A DNA stretch of 64,000 nucleotides, from NCBI GenBank assembly GCA_021325015.1, contig JAJPHY010000013.1, positions 3,800 to 67,799 on the forward strand. Reading direction: 5' to 3'. Both the position numbers and the translations under genes were made by a program. Under the pieces are notes generated by a model. The model ran no database searches, was not told where the DNA came from, and worked only from the letters and a program-made list of their open reading frames with translations. The DNA is from Actinomycetota bacterium. Lineage in GTDB: Bacteria > Actinomycetota > UBA4738 > HRBIN12. The first letter of the stretch is position 1. Every line of letters begins with the position of its first letter. This document shows positions 40,927 to 54,655 of the stretch, piece by piece.

Positions 40927-42710
40927 CGAAGCGGCTGTCCGCGAGGAGCGGTGGGCACGACCGCGCGGATCGTCGTTCCCCTCCCGGGGCGGCTCTCGAC
41001 CTCGAGCGTGCCGCCGGCCATCTCCGCGCGCTCGCGCATGCCGGCGAGTCCGAAGTGATCGTGGGCGGTGGAGGCGCGGGGGTCGAAGCCTCGGCCGTCG
41101 TCGGCGACCTCCATCTGCACCCGGCCGTCGCCGTTCATGAGCCTGATGCGGACCGAGCGGGCGTGGGCGTGCTTGACGACGTTGGTCGTCGCCTCCTGCG
41201 CGATCCGGTAGAGGACGGTTTCGGCGCTTCGAGAAAGGCGAGCCGGGTGGCCGTCGCCGCTCTCGACGACCACCTCGAGGCCCGTGGTTCTCTGTAGGGT
41301 CGTGGCGTAGTCTCGCAGCGCGTCCAGCAGGCCCCGCTCGTCGAGCGCGGGCGGGCGAAGATCGCTCATCAACCTGCGAAGGCGCTCGATCTCCTCGCTC
41401 ACCTGCGATTGCACGTCGTCGATCGCCTCGCGAGCCCGGTGGGTGTCCTTGCGACCCGTGGCCATCCTCGCCACCTCGAGGCGCACCGCCAGCGCGGTGA
41501 GGCGCTGGATCGGTCCGTCGTGCAGATCCGCGGCGATGCGCGTGCGCTCGCTCTCCGCGGCCTCGACGATCTGCTTGAGCAGCCGCTGCCGCATGGCGTG
41601 CGCCTCCGCGAGCTCGCGCTGGCGCTCGTGGGCCTCGATGGCGCTCGCCGCCTGGTTGGCGAACAGGCGCAGCGCGGCGAGCTTGTCCCGGCTCGGAAGC
41701 AGGTAGTCGACGGGGTCGTCAACCCAGATGATCCCGATCACGGAACCGCTCGGGTCGTGCAACGGAACGAGGAGCCAGTGATGGTTCCACGCGCGCGGCC
41801 CCGTCGCGTTTCGTGCCGAGCGATACCCGACCATGCTCTCGGGCACCCGCGCCGACGCCTGCTCCTGAGTCAGCAGGAAGCAGCCGGCGATCTCGAACTG
41901 CGGATCCAGCAGCGGCCCGATCGCTTCCAGCGTGTATGGAACGTCGAACACCGGATCGGCGAGGCTCAATCCGGTTGCGGCCCGCGCGCGGAAGAGGCCC
42001 GACTCCGGTTCCACGAGCGAGACCGCCACGCGCTCGAAGCCGAGGGCGGTGGCGATGCCGTCGCAGACGGCCTGAAGCAGCACCTCGAGGTCCTCGGCGC
42101 GCCCGAGCCTGGTGGAGACCTCGAGGAGCCGCTCGAGCGCCCGCCGGTGCTGCACGTCGGCGGCGGCCTGCTGCGCGCTCTTGACGGCGGCGGCGGCGGT
42201 CATCGTGAAGGCGGCCAGGAGTTGTAGCTCGCTCTCGGAGGGCACCCGTCCCGAGGTGGGCTCGTCGACCGAGACGATCCCGAGGAGCTCGCCGCTCGAG
42301 TGGCGCATGGGGATCAGGAGCCAGTCGGTCGGGCCCCAGATCCCCGGGTCGTCGCCGAGCGGGAGGTCGGGGACGTAGACGGCTCTCAGCCCCGCCTGCT
42401 CCGCCGGCATCCGCACGAGATAGGCGCCGAAGTGGTGGAAGCGCTCGTCGAGCAGCGGGGCGAAATCGGCCAGGCGGTTGGTCGTGCCGAGGAGGATCTC
42501 CGCGGCCGGGTCGCTCGCCAGACACGTCGTCACGATGAAGTCGTCCCACGCCGGCCGGTACAGGTTGATCACAACCGCCTTGAATCCCAGGCACGAGGAG
42601 ATGACCTCGGCGGTGCGTGAGAGGAACGCCTGCAGGTCCTCCCCGGAGGAGACGTCCCGGCTCCGCTCGATGAGGTCCTGGAGGGCCTCGAGGCTCGTGA
42701 GATCGATCAT
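40908..42710 (-). CDS. DosS/DosT-like sensor histidine kinase (two GAF domains + HisKA_3 + HATPase_c), orphan
   Basis: 601 aa from ATG 42710 (MIDLTSLEALQDL...). Two GAF-like regions, NarL-type H-box ESERTRIAADLHDGPIQRL, ATPase motifs. The last ~6 codons overlap tRNA-Met antisense. Confidence 0.78.
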   Translation of the reverse strand: MIDLTSLEALQDLIERSRDVSSGEDLQAFLSRTAEVISSCLGFKAVVINLYRPAWDDFIVTTCLASDPAAEILLGTTNRLADFAPLLDERFHHFGAYLVRMPAEQAGLRAVYVPDLPLGDDPGIWGPTDWLLIPMRHSSGELLGIVSVDEPTSGRVPSESELQLLAAFTMTAAAAVKSAQQAAADVQHRRALERLLEVSTRLGRAEDLEVLLQAVCDGIATALGFERVAVSLVEPESGLFRARAATGLSLADPVFDVPYTLEAIGPLLDPQFEIAGCFLLTQEQASARVPESMVGYRSARNATGPRAWNHHWLLVPLHDPSGSVIGIIWVDDPVDYLLPSRDKLAALRLFANQAASAIEAHERQRELAEAHAMRQRLLKQIVEAAESERTRIAADLHDGPIQRLTALAVRLEVARMATGRKDTHRAREAIDDVQSQVSEEIERLRRLMSDLRPPALDERGLLDALRDYATTLQRTTGLEVVVESGDGHPARLSRSAETVLYRIAQEATTNVVKHAHARSVRIRLMNGDGRVQMEVADDGRGFDPRASTAHDHFGLAGMRERAEMAGGTLEVESRPGRGTTIRAVVPTAPRGQPLRGAGRT

Positions 42711-42814
42711 GTGGCGTGGTCGGACCGCTGCGGCGGACCCCTCCTGATACCTGTCGGCCGGCCCGGGGCCCGGGTTAAGAGACGGGCGATCCGGAGCCCC
42801 GGAGGTCGCCCTCC

Positions 42815-43495
42815 TCAGCCGATCTCGGGGCGGACCCCGACCTCGTCCAGGTGGCGAAGCAGGTCCGCCGGATCCTCGTAGACGCGGTACGCGCCGGCGC
42901 GCTCGAGCTCGTCCGCCCCGTACCCGCCGGAGAGCAGCCCGACGCCGAGCGCGCCCGCGCGGCGGGCGGCGAGGAGGTCCCAGACGCTGTCGCCGACCAC
43001 CACCGAGTGCTGGATGTCCACGCCCAGCCGCGCCGCGGCGGCGAGGAACAGGTCGGGGTCGGGCTTGGCGTGGGCCACCTGGTCCCGGGTCACGACCGGC
43101 ACGCCCTCGGGCACCCGGAGGCTCTCGATCACGGGCCGGGCCGACTCCGAGTACCCGCTCGTGGCGATCGCCCACGGGACGCCGAGTCGGGTGAGGGTCT
43201 CGAGGAGCGGGATCGCCCCCGGAAGCGGCCGAACGTCGCCGCGCAGGCGCGCGTAGGCCTCGGCGTGCAGGCGCCGCAGGCGATCGGCGTCCGTCGCGGT
43301 GACCTCGCGACCGGTTTCCCGCAGCAGGGCGTTGGCGAACAGGCCGCCGCTCATGCCGATCTTGCGGTGGATCCGCCAGACCGACAGCTCGATCCCGGTC
43401 CGCCGAAGCGCCTCCCTCCAGGCCAGCACGTGCTGGTAGACGCTGTCGACGAGCGTGCCGTCGAGGTCGAACACGAACGCGGGTCCGTCGGTCAT
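42815..43495 (-). CDS. HAD-superfamily hydrolase (beta-phosphoglucomutase-like subfamily IA)
   Basis: Motif I FVFDLDGTLVDS, motif III/IV region KPDPDLFL...VVGDSVWD. Confidence 0.8.
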   Translation of the reverse strand: MTDGPAFVFDLDGTLVDSVYQHVLAWREALRRTGIELSVWRIHRKIGMSGGLFANALLRETGREVTATDADRLRRLHAEAYARLRGDVRPLPGAIPLLETLTRLGVPWAIATSGYSESARPVIESLRVPEGVPVVTRDQVAHAKPDPDLFLAAAARLGVDIQHSVVVGDSVWDLLAARRAGALGVGLLSGGYGADELERAGAYRVYEDPADLLRHLDEVGVRPEIG

Positions 43496-44262
43496 CCGAG
43501 CACCTCGACCGGGTCGCCGACCCGGACCGTCCCTGCTCGAACCACGTCCGCGTAGACGCCGAACGGCAGCTCGCCGCCGGCGCTCACGCCCCGGTACCGC
43601 TTGATCACCGAGAGCGTTGGGAAGTCCCGGACGCCGGTCTCGGGGTCGAGCGTCGTCACGACGCATCGCGGCACGGGCTTCCCGACCTCGATCACGGCCT
43701 CGCCGACCCGGACCCTGAGGCCGCCCCATGAGTCCTCTTCGTGCGCGCCCGCGCCGTCGATCTCGATCAGCATCCGGAACCGTCCGGGATCGACGCGAAA
43801 GGCGCTTCCGCCCTGCCGGCTGAGCTCGTCGACCGAGGCGAGCGAGACCAGCGTGACCGGGCGCACGTCGATGCCCGCCCCCGGGGTGTCCACACGGGCC
43901 AACCGAACCGGTCGGCCGAGGAATCTGGTGAGCGCCCCGTCGAACTCGCCGTCCACCACGTGCGCCGCGACCGCACGCCCGTAGAAGTCGACCGTGAGCG
44001 GCTCGCCGCCCGCGGACGCCGGGCCGGCGGCGACGACGCCGTCCGGCAGCCGCAGCTCGAGCCGGTCCTCGTCGGGGTCGTAGCTCGAGCCGATGGGCAG
44101 CAGGCGCGCCTTCCACGAGGTCGACAGCATGCGTCCGCCCTCGTCCACGACGAAGAAGTCCCGGTTGCCGACCGCGCCGAACGACTCGAGGCGGATCCGG
44201 TCAGGATGCTGGAGCCCCGTGGACTTGACCGGGGTCACGTTCAGGCGCGCCACCGATGGCAT
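43492..44262 (-). CDS. MOSC domain-containing protein (YcbX-like)
   Basis: MOSC N-terminal beta-barrel and conserved Cys in GKPVPRCVVTTLDPETG; ATGA overlap with the HAD gene. Confidence 0.78.
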   Translation of the reverse strand: MPSVARLNVTPVKSTGLQHPDRIRLESFGAVGNRDFFVVDEGGRMLSTSWKARLLPIGSSYDPDEDRLELRLPDGVVAAGPASAGGEPLTVDFYGRAVAAHVVDGEFDGALTRFLGRPVRLARVDTPGAGIDVRPVTLVSLASVDELSRQGGSAFRVDPGRFRMLIEIDGAGAHEEDSWGGLRVRVGEAVIEVGKPVPRCVVTTLDPETGVRDFPTLSVIKRYRGVSAGGELPFGVYADVVRAGTVRVGDPVEVLG

Positions 44263-44315
44263 GGGGGCAACGCTATCAACTGGGCGCGGCGACGGCCGTG
44301 GTAGCGTTCCTCCAA

Positions 44316-44789
44316 ATGGAGCTTGCGCTTCACCCAGACCTCGAGCCGATCGCGTTTCTGCTCGGGCGCTGGCACGGCGAGGGCGACGGCGAGTACCCCA
44401 CGATCGAGCCGTTCCGCTACCGGGAGGAGGTCGAGCTCGACCACGTCGGCAAGCCGTTTCTGTCCTACCGTCAGCGGACCTGGGCGCTCGACGACGGCCG
44501 GCCGCTGCACGCCGAGGTCGGCTACCTCCGTGCCGCCGGAAACGGCCGGCTCGAGCTCGTCCTCGCGCACCCGACCGGTGTCGTCGAGCTTGCCGTGGGC
44601 TCGGTGACGGGCCGGCGAATCGAGCTCGCAAGCACGTTCGTGATGAGCACGCCGACCGCCAAGGAGGTCACCGCGCTCGAGCGAACGGTTCGCCTCGACG
44701 ACGACGGGGTCCTCCGCTACGAGCTTCGGATGGCGGCCGTGGGCGTCGACCTCGCCGTGCACCTCCGCGGGGAGTTGCGACGGGCCTGA
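44316..44789 (+). CDS. Nitrobindin-like / FABP-like beta-barrel protein (DUF1794, THAP4 heme-binding type)
   Basis: LLGRWHGEGDGEYPTIEPFRYREEVELDHVGKPFLSY matches the nitrobindin GxWxGxGxGxYPTIxxFxY signature. The start ATG 44316 is preferred over 44256, which would overlap the MOSC gene. Confidence 0.6.
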   Translation: MELALHPDLEPIAFLLGRWHGEGDGEYPTIEPFRYREEVELDHVGKPFLSYRQRTWALDDGRPLHAEVGYLRAAGNGRLELVLAHPTGVVELAVGSVTGRRIELASTFVMSTPTAKEVTALERTVRLDDDGVLRYELRMAAVGVDLAVHLRGELRRA

Positions 44790-44805
44790 CCCGGGATCAC
44801 GTGAG

Positions 44806-47118
44806 ATGGCGCGACGAGACCTGAGCCGTCTGTTCCTCGCCCTCTCGGTCGTGGGCATCGCGACCGGCGGGGTCCTGTGGGCCGTCCACGAGCCGCACGC
44901 CGCCGACGTCGCCTGGGCGATCACGACCGCCGTCGGCATGGTGCCGCTCCTGCACTCCGTCGTGGTCGACCTGCTCCACCGCGAGACCGGGGTCGATCTC
45001 ATCGCGCTGCTCGCGATGGCCGGATCCCTGGCGCTCGGCGAGTACCTCGCCGGGGCCGTGATCGCGCTCATGCTCTCGAGCGGCCGCTCGCTCGAGGCCT
45101 TCGCGGAGGGTCGCGCGCACCGTGAGCTCTCGGCGCTCCTCGAGCGCGCCCCGCGCGTGGTCCATCGCTACGTGGACGAGGCGCTCGAGTCCGTCCCGGT
45201 CGAGGACGTCCGCCCGGGCGACCTGCTCCTCGTCAAACAGGGGGAGGTCGTCCCGGTCGACGGCCTCCTGATCTCGGAGACCTGCGTGCTCGACGAGTCG
45301 GCGCTCACCGGCGAGTCGCGCCCCGCCGTGCGCACCAGCGGCGACCCGCTCCGGAGCGGTGCGGTGAACGCGGGAGGCTCGCTCACCCTCCGCGCGACCG
45401 CGACGGCCGCCGACAGCACGTACTCGGGCATCGTGCGCCTGGTCGAGGAGGCCGAGCGGCAGAAGGCGCCGTTCGTGCGCCTGGCCGATCGCTACGCGCT
45501 CGCGTTCCTGCCGGTGACCCTCGCGATCGCCGGCGGGGCGTGGCTCATCTCGGGGGACGCGGTGCGCGCGCTCGCGGTCCTCGTGGTGGCGACGCCGTGC
45601 CCGTTGATCCTGGCCGCGCCGATCGCGATCGTGGCCGGCATCTCCCGGGCCGCGAAGCGCGGCGTGATCGTCAAGGGGGGCGGCGCGCTCGAGACGATCG
45701 CGCGGGGCTCGGTCCTGCTCTTCGACAAGACCGGAACGCTCACCGCGGGGGTGCCGGAGGTCGCCGACGTCGAGGTGTTCGGCGACGTCGGCCCCGATGA
45801 GCTGCTGCGCCTGGCTGCGTCGCTCGACCAGGTCTCGCCCCACGTGCTCGCGTCCGCGATCGTGCGGGCGGCCCGAAGTCGCGAGCTCGCGCTCTCGTTC
45901 CCGAGCGACGTCCACGAGGAGCACGGGTCGGGGATCGAGGGCAAGGTGGACGGCAGGGTCGTGTCGCTCGGGACGACCGCCTGGGTCACTCGGGGGTCGT
46001 CGCTTCCGGATCGGGCGCGCGACGTGCGCCGGCGCTCGGCGATGGACGGGTCCTCGTGCGTGTTCGTCGCGGTCGACGGCCAGGTCGCCGGCGCGCTGAT
46101 CCTCGACGACCCGATCCGCCCGGACACGCCGAGGGTGATCCGCACGCTCCGCCGCGCCGGCATCAAGCGCGTGGTGATGGTGACCGGCGACCACCCCGAC
46201 GTCGCCGAGTCCGTGGGAATCTCGATCGGGGTGGATCGGATCCTGTCCGAGCGCGACCCCGCCGACAAGGTCGACGCCGTGAAGGCCGAGGGCGACGGCG
46301 GGGTCACGATCATGGTCGGCGACGGCGTGAACGACGCACCGGCGCTCGCCGCGGCCGACGTCGGCGTGGCCATGGGGGCGCGAGGAGCGACGGCCTCCTC
46401 GGAGGCCGCGGACGTGGTGCTGGTCGTCGACCGGCTCGACCGGTTGGCGGAGGCGATGCAGATCGCCCGTCGCTCGCGGGGGATCGCGCTCCAGAGCGTG
46501 CTCGTCGGTATGGGACTCTCGTTCGCGGGGATGTTCCTCGGGGCATTCGGGCTCCTCTCGCCCGTCGAGGGCGCGATCCTGCAGGAGGTCATCGACGTCG
46601 TCGTGATCCTGAACGCCCTTCGCGCGCTCTCGGGCGGCCGGGCGGCCCGCGCCCGGGCCGGGCTCGGCTCCAAGGTCGGCGATCGGTTCCGCGACGAGCA
46701 CCGCGAGTTCATGCCGTGGCTCGCCCGGATCCGCGGTGCGGCCGACCGCCTCGAGGCTCTCGCTCCGCTCGAAGCCCGGGAGGAGCTCGAGCAGATTCGC
46801 TGGTTCCTCACCGAGCGCCTCGTGCAGCACGAGGAGGAGGAGGAGGCCGCCGTCTACCCGGTCGTGTCCAAGCTCATGGGCGGGGAGGACCCGATGGGCA
46901 CGATGGCCCGGGCGCACATGGAGATCGAGCATCTCTCGCGCGTCTTCGTGCACCTGCTCGAGGCGTTGCCGGCCGAGGGCCCGGGGTCCGAGGACCTGGT
47001 GGACCTGCGGCGGGTGCTCTACGGGCTGCACGCGATCCTCCGTCTGCACTTCGCGCAGGAGGAGGAGGCGTACGCCTGGCTCGCGTCCGAGCAGCCCGAC
47101 GAGGTGGAGGTCGCGTAA
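44806..47118 (+). CDS. P1B-type heavy-metal-transporting ATPase with C-terminal hemerythrin (HHE) domain (P1B-5-like)
   Basis: TGES actuator motif, TPCP in TM4-equivalent, DKTGTLT phosphorylation site, GDGVNDAPAL. The last ~150 aa (about 46670-47118) carry hemerythrin-like H/E pairs (HEEEEEAAVYP...HMEIEHL...HFAQEEEAY). No N-terminal HMA domain. Confidence 0.85.
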   Translation: MARRDLSRLFLALSVVGIATGGVLWAVHEPHAADVAWAITTAVGMVPLLHSVVVDLLHRETGVDLIALLAMAGSLALGEYLAGAVIALMLSSGRSLEAFAEGRAHRELSALLERAPRVVHRYVDEALESVPVEDVRPGDLLLVKQGEVVPVDGLLISETCVLDESALTGESRPAVRTSGDPLRSGAVNAGGSLTLRATATAADSTYSGIVRLVEEAERQKAPFVRLADRYALAFLPVTLAIAGGAWLISGDAVRALAVLVVATPCPLILAAPIAIVAGISRAAKRGVIVKGGGALETIARGSVLLFDKTGTLTAGVPEVADVEVFGDVGPDELLRLAASLDQVSPHVLASAIVRAARSRELALSFPSDVHEEHGSGIEGKVDGRVVSLGTTAWVTRGSSLPDRARDVRRRSAMDGSSCVFVAVDGQVAGALILDDPIRPDTPRVIRTLRRAGIKRVVMVTGDHPDVAESVGISIGVDRILSERDPADKVDAVKAEGDGGVTIMVGDGVNDAPALAAADVGVAMGARGATASSEAADVVLVVDRLDRLAEAMQIARRSRGIALQSVLVGMGLSFAGMFLGAFGLLSPVEGAILQEVIDVVVILNALRALSGGRAARARAGLGSKVGDRFRDEHREFMPWLARIRGAADRLEALAPLEAREELEQIRWFLTERLVQHEEEEEAAVYPVVSKLMGGEDPMGTMARAHMEIEHLSRVFVHLLEALPAEGPGSEDLVDLRRVLYGLHAILRLHFAQEEEAYAWLASEQPDEVEVA

Positions 47119-47187
47119 CTAGTCTGTTGCAGACTAGTGGCGGGCACCCGGAGACCGGCCGGCTCGTTGCCGGGCTCGCGACGCCGC

Positions 47188-48753
47188 CTACCCGGCTCGC
47201 GCCGACCCGTCCGCCCTGGGGTCGGTCCCGGCCTCGAGCGCCTCGTTCACCCGGATCAGGTGCGCGTGGCCGACCGACTCGTCGGCGGTGCCCACGAGGT
47301 CGAGCCGGAACCCGGCGCGGCGCAGGCCGTCGAGCACGCCGTCGGGCACGTCCGCCTCGGCCAGCACGAACGGCTCCGGTCCCTCCGCGTCCATCCCGTT
47401 GACCAGCCAGCGGGGTGCCGCGACGGCGGAGGCGGGATCCATCCCGAGGTCGAACGCGCGGATCAGCGACCACGCGTTGATCTGGGGGTGCGCGGCACCG
47501 CCCATCGTCCCGGAGACGGCGGCGAGCCGCCCCTCCCGGTGGGCCATCACCGGCATGAGCGTGTGCGCCGGCCGCTTGCCCGGCGCGAGAGCGTTCGGGT
47601 GCTCGGAATCGAGCGTGAACCCGCTCCCGCGGTTCTGCGCGATGATCCCGGTCGAGGGCTCGAGGATCCCGGCGCCCAGCCCCCAGGACAGGCTCTGGAT
47701 CAGCGAGACCGCCAGGCCCTGCGCGTCGGCCGTGACGATGCCGACCGTGTCCGTGGGGGACGGCAGCGGGCGCGGGAGCGGGCCGGAGCGCACCTGGTCG
47801 CAGAGCGCCGCCAGGTGCCCGTCGTCCAGGAGCGCGTGCGGGTGCACGCGCATGTGCTCGGGATCGGCGAGGTGGAGGTCCCGGTCGCGCGCCGCCACGA
47901 GTGCGGCGAGCGCGATCGTCGCGGCGTCGGGGCCGAGCGGGTCCGGGTCGACCCCGAGTCGCTCCAGGGTGCCGAGCAGCTCGAGCAGGACGAAGCCCTG
48001 CGAGGTGGGCGGCGGGACCCGTACGTCGAGGTCGCGGTACCGACCCACGAGCGGGGCGAGCAGCTCGGCGCGGTGCGCCTCCAGGTCCTCCGGCGCCAGG
48101 GGGCAGCCGAGCCGCCGCAGGCCCTCCGCGTAGGCGCGTCCGAGCTCGCCCCGGTACAGCGCCCCGGCCCCGTCGGCGGCGAGCACCTCGAGCGTCCGGG
48201 CCAGGGCGGGGTTCGCGAAGGGCTCCCCTGGGGGGATCGGTGCGCCGTCCCGGAGGAAAACGCTGCGGAGCCCCGCATCGTCTTCGAGCAGCGGTGCCGC
48301 CTCGGCGAGGGTGAGCGCGAGGGAGCGGGAGACGGGGACGCCGGCGCGCGCGTGCTCGATCCCGACGGCGAACGCCTCGGACCAGGGGAGGTCGCCCCCC
48401 TGGCCGTGGACCGCCTCCCACCCCGCGACCGCGCCCGGAACCGTGATCGCGAGCGGTCCCCGCTCCGGCATGCTGGCGTGCTCGGCGCGGACCGCCTCGG
48501 CGTCCAGGCCTCTCGGCGAGGCGCCGCTCGAGCTCACGGCGATCACGTCTGCGTCCCTGCGCTGCACGAGCGCGAACAGGTCGCCGCCGACCCCGCACAT
48601 GTGCGGGTAGACGACGGCGAGCGTCACCGCGGCGGCCAGCGCGGCGTCGATCGCGTTGCCTCCGGACTCGAACGCGCGCGCCGCCGCCTCGGTCGCCGCG
48701 ACGTGCGGGGTCGCCACGGCCCATCGGGTTCCGCGCGCCGAGAGCTCGCTCAC
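47188..48753 (-). CDS. ggt: Gamma-glutamyltranspeptidase
   Basis: 521 aa; autoprocessing Thr in DTVGIVTADAQG, ...GGDLFALV..., C-terminal small-subunit motifs; GTG start. Confidence 0.9.
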   Translation of the reverse strand: MSELSARGTRWAVATPHVAATEAAARAFESGGNAIDAALAAAVTLAVVYPHMCGVGGDLFALVQRRDADVIAVSSSGASPRGLDAEAVRAEHASMPERGPLAITVPGAVAGWEAVHGQGGDLPWSEAFAVGIEHARAGVPVSRSLALTLAEAAPLLEDDAGLRSVFLRDGAPIPPGEPFANPALARTLEVLAADGAGALYRGELGRAYAEGLRRLGCPLAPEDLEAHRAELLAPLVGRYRDLDVRVPPPTSQGFVLLELLGTLERLGVDPDPLGPDAATIALAALVAARDRDLHLADPEHMRVHPHALLDDGHLAALCDQVRSGPLPRPLPSPTDTVGIVTADAQGLAVSLIQSLSWGLGAGILEPSTGIIAQNRGSGFTLDSEHPNALAPGKRPAHTLMPVMAHREGRLAAVSGTMGGAAHPQINAWSLIRAFDLGMDPASAVAAPRWLVNGMDAEGPEPFVLAEADVPDGVLDGLRRAGFRLDLVGTADESVGHAHLIRVNEALEAGTDPRADGSARAG

Positions 48754-48799
48754 GATCGGAGCATAGGGCTGGAGCGCGGAGCGCTCACGTCCGATGGGC

Positions 48800-53236
<4,437 letters not shown>

Positions 53237-53285
53237 CGTACCGCGAAGCCCGGACAGGAGAGGTGGTGGCGGACGCCCCGGTAGG

Positions 53286-54233
53286 ATGCTTCAGATGTCG
53301 GCCGGCCGCAGACTGGCGCTGCTCGCGAGCACCACGGTCGCGGTCCTGCTGGTGCCGGCGCTCGCCCTCGCGCAGACGGGAGCGCACGCGGACCCCCAGG
53401 ACCAGATCGTGATCTCGGGCACGGTGGCCGTCCCCCGGGGGAGGGTGGTCGACGAGATCGTCGTGCTCCACGGGAACGTCACCGTCGGCGGGGTGGCGAC
53501 CGGCGACGTCGTGGTGCTCGTGGGACACGTGACCGTCACCGGCCAGGTGAGCGGCGACGTGATGGCGATCGACGGCTCGGTGACCCTCGGGCCGAACGCC
53601 CAGGTGGGCGGCGACGTGATCGCGCGCGAGGACGTTCGGGCCCGGCCGGGGGCCAAGGTGGCCGGCCGGATTCGGCGGCACGTGGCGTTCATGTGGCGGA
53701 CCCCGGTGAGCGTGTTCGGCCGGTTCGCGAGTTGGCTGGCCGTGACGGTCTCGACGCTCGCGCTCGGTCTGCTGCTCGCGCTCGTCGCGCCGCGCGGGCT
53801 CGACGCGGCGAACACCGCCGCGCGGACGGCGCCGTGGGCCAGCCTCGGGTGGGGGGGCGCGCTCGCCCTTGCGCTCCCGGCGCTCGCCCTGCTCGCGGTC
53901 GCCTCGATCGTCGTGCTGCCGCTCGGCCTCGCCGTGGCGCTCGGGCTCGTGCTGATCGGTTCGATTGGGTACGCGGTCTGCGGTTTCCTGATCGGACGTC
54001 TGCTGTGGCGGGAACCGAGGGGCCGGCTGCTCGCGTTCACGTTGGGCTGGGCGGTCCTTCGGGCGGTGGGGGCCATCCCCTTCGTGAGCGGGATCACGTG
54101 GGCGCTCGGCGCGGTCGCCGGGCTCGGTGCCTCCGCGGTTGCGACGTGGCGGGCGAGGGCGGCCGGCGGCAAGCATCGGGAGGGGCGGGTGGTCACGCTG
54201 ACCGAGCCGATGAGGGAGGAGGCGGGGCTGTGA
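53286..54233 (+). CDS. Membrane protein with N-terminal signal/anchor, bactofilin/DUF4097-like beta-helical repeat region and 4 C-terminal TM helices (hypothetical)
   Basis: LLVPALALAQT signal-like segment; repeats HGNVTVGGVATGDVVVLVGHVTVTGQVSGDVMAIDGSVTLGPNAQVGGDVIA; C-terminal hydrophobic helices. Confidence 0.55.
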   Translation: MLQMSAGRRLALLASTTVAVLLVPALALAQTGAHADPQDQIVISGTVAVPRGRVVDEIVVLHGNVTVGGVATGDVVVLVGHVTVTGQVSGDVMAIDGSVTLGPNAQVGGDVIAREDVRARPGAKVAGRIRRHVAFMWRTPVSVFGRFASWLAVTVSTLALGLLLALVAPRGLDAANTAARTAPWASLGWGGALALALPALALLAVASIVVLPLGLAVALGLVLIGSIGYAVCGFLIGRLLWREPRGRLLAFTLGWAVLRAVGAIPFVSGITWALGAVAGLGASAVATWRARAAGGKHREGRVVTLTEPMREEAGL

Positions 54234-54646
54234 CGTTCGAACGCAGTCTGGTGCTGGATCGCCTGGGCGCGATTCCGCTCTTCGCCGAGGTCGCCCCGGA
54301 CTCGCTGGAGCGTGTGGCCGATCTCGTCACCGAGTTCGAGGCTCCGGCCGGGCACGTCCTCGTCCAGCCCGGTCAGCCGGGAGCGGGGATGTTCGTGCTC
54401 GAGAGGGGGGCGGTCGCCGTCGAGCTGCCCGGCAGGACGATCGAGCTCGGCCCCGGCGAGTTCTTCGGCGAGCTCTCGATCCTGGCCGACGGGATCGTCC
54501 GGACCGCCCGCGTTCGCTGCACCTCGGCCGTCCGGTGTCTCGCGATCTCGCGCTCGGACTTCGCCGAGCTGCTGCGGCGGGAGCCGAGGATCGCGGTCTC
54601 GATGCTGCCCGTGCTCGCGCGGCGGCTGGCCGAGGCGCAGGGCTGA
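54230..54646 (+). CDS. Stand-alone cyclic-nucleotide-binding domain protein (CAP/Crp-type cNMP domain, no effector domain)
   Basis: 138 aa: FGELSIL and RTARV phosphate-binding-cassette motifs; GTGA overlap with the upstream membrane protein. Confidence 0.68.
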   Translation: MTFERSLVLDRLGAIPLFAEVAPDSLERVADLVTEFEAPAGHVLVQPGQPGAGMFVLERGAVAVELPGRTIELGPGEFFGELSILADGIVRTARVRCTSAVRCLAISRSDFAELLRREPRIAVSMLPVLARRLAEAQG

Positions 54647-54655
54647 GCGCGAGCC

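Noticed and set aside
44256-44315. Longer nitrobindin start at 44256 (ORF-track)
   Set aside because: It would overlap the convergent MOSC gene start region. ATG 44316 gives a typical ~157-aa nitrobindin beginning just before the GxWxGxG motif.
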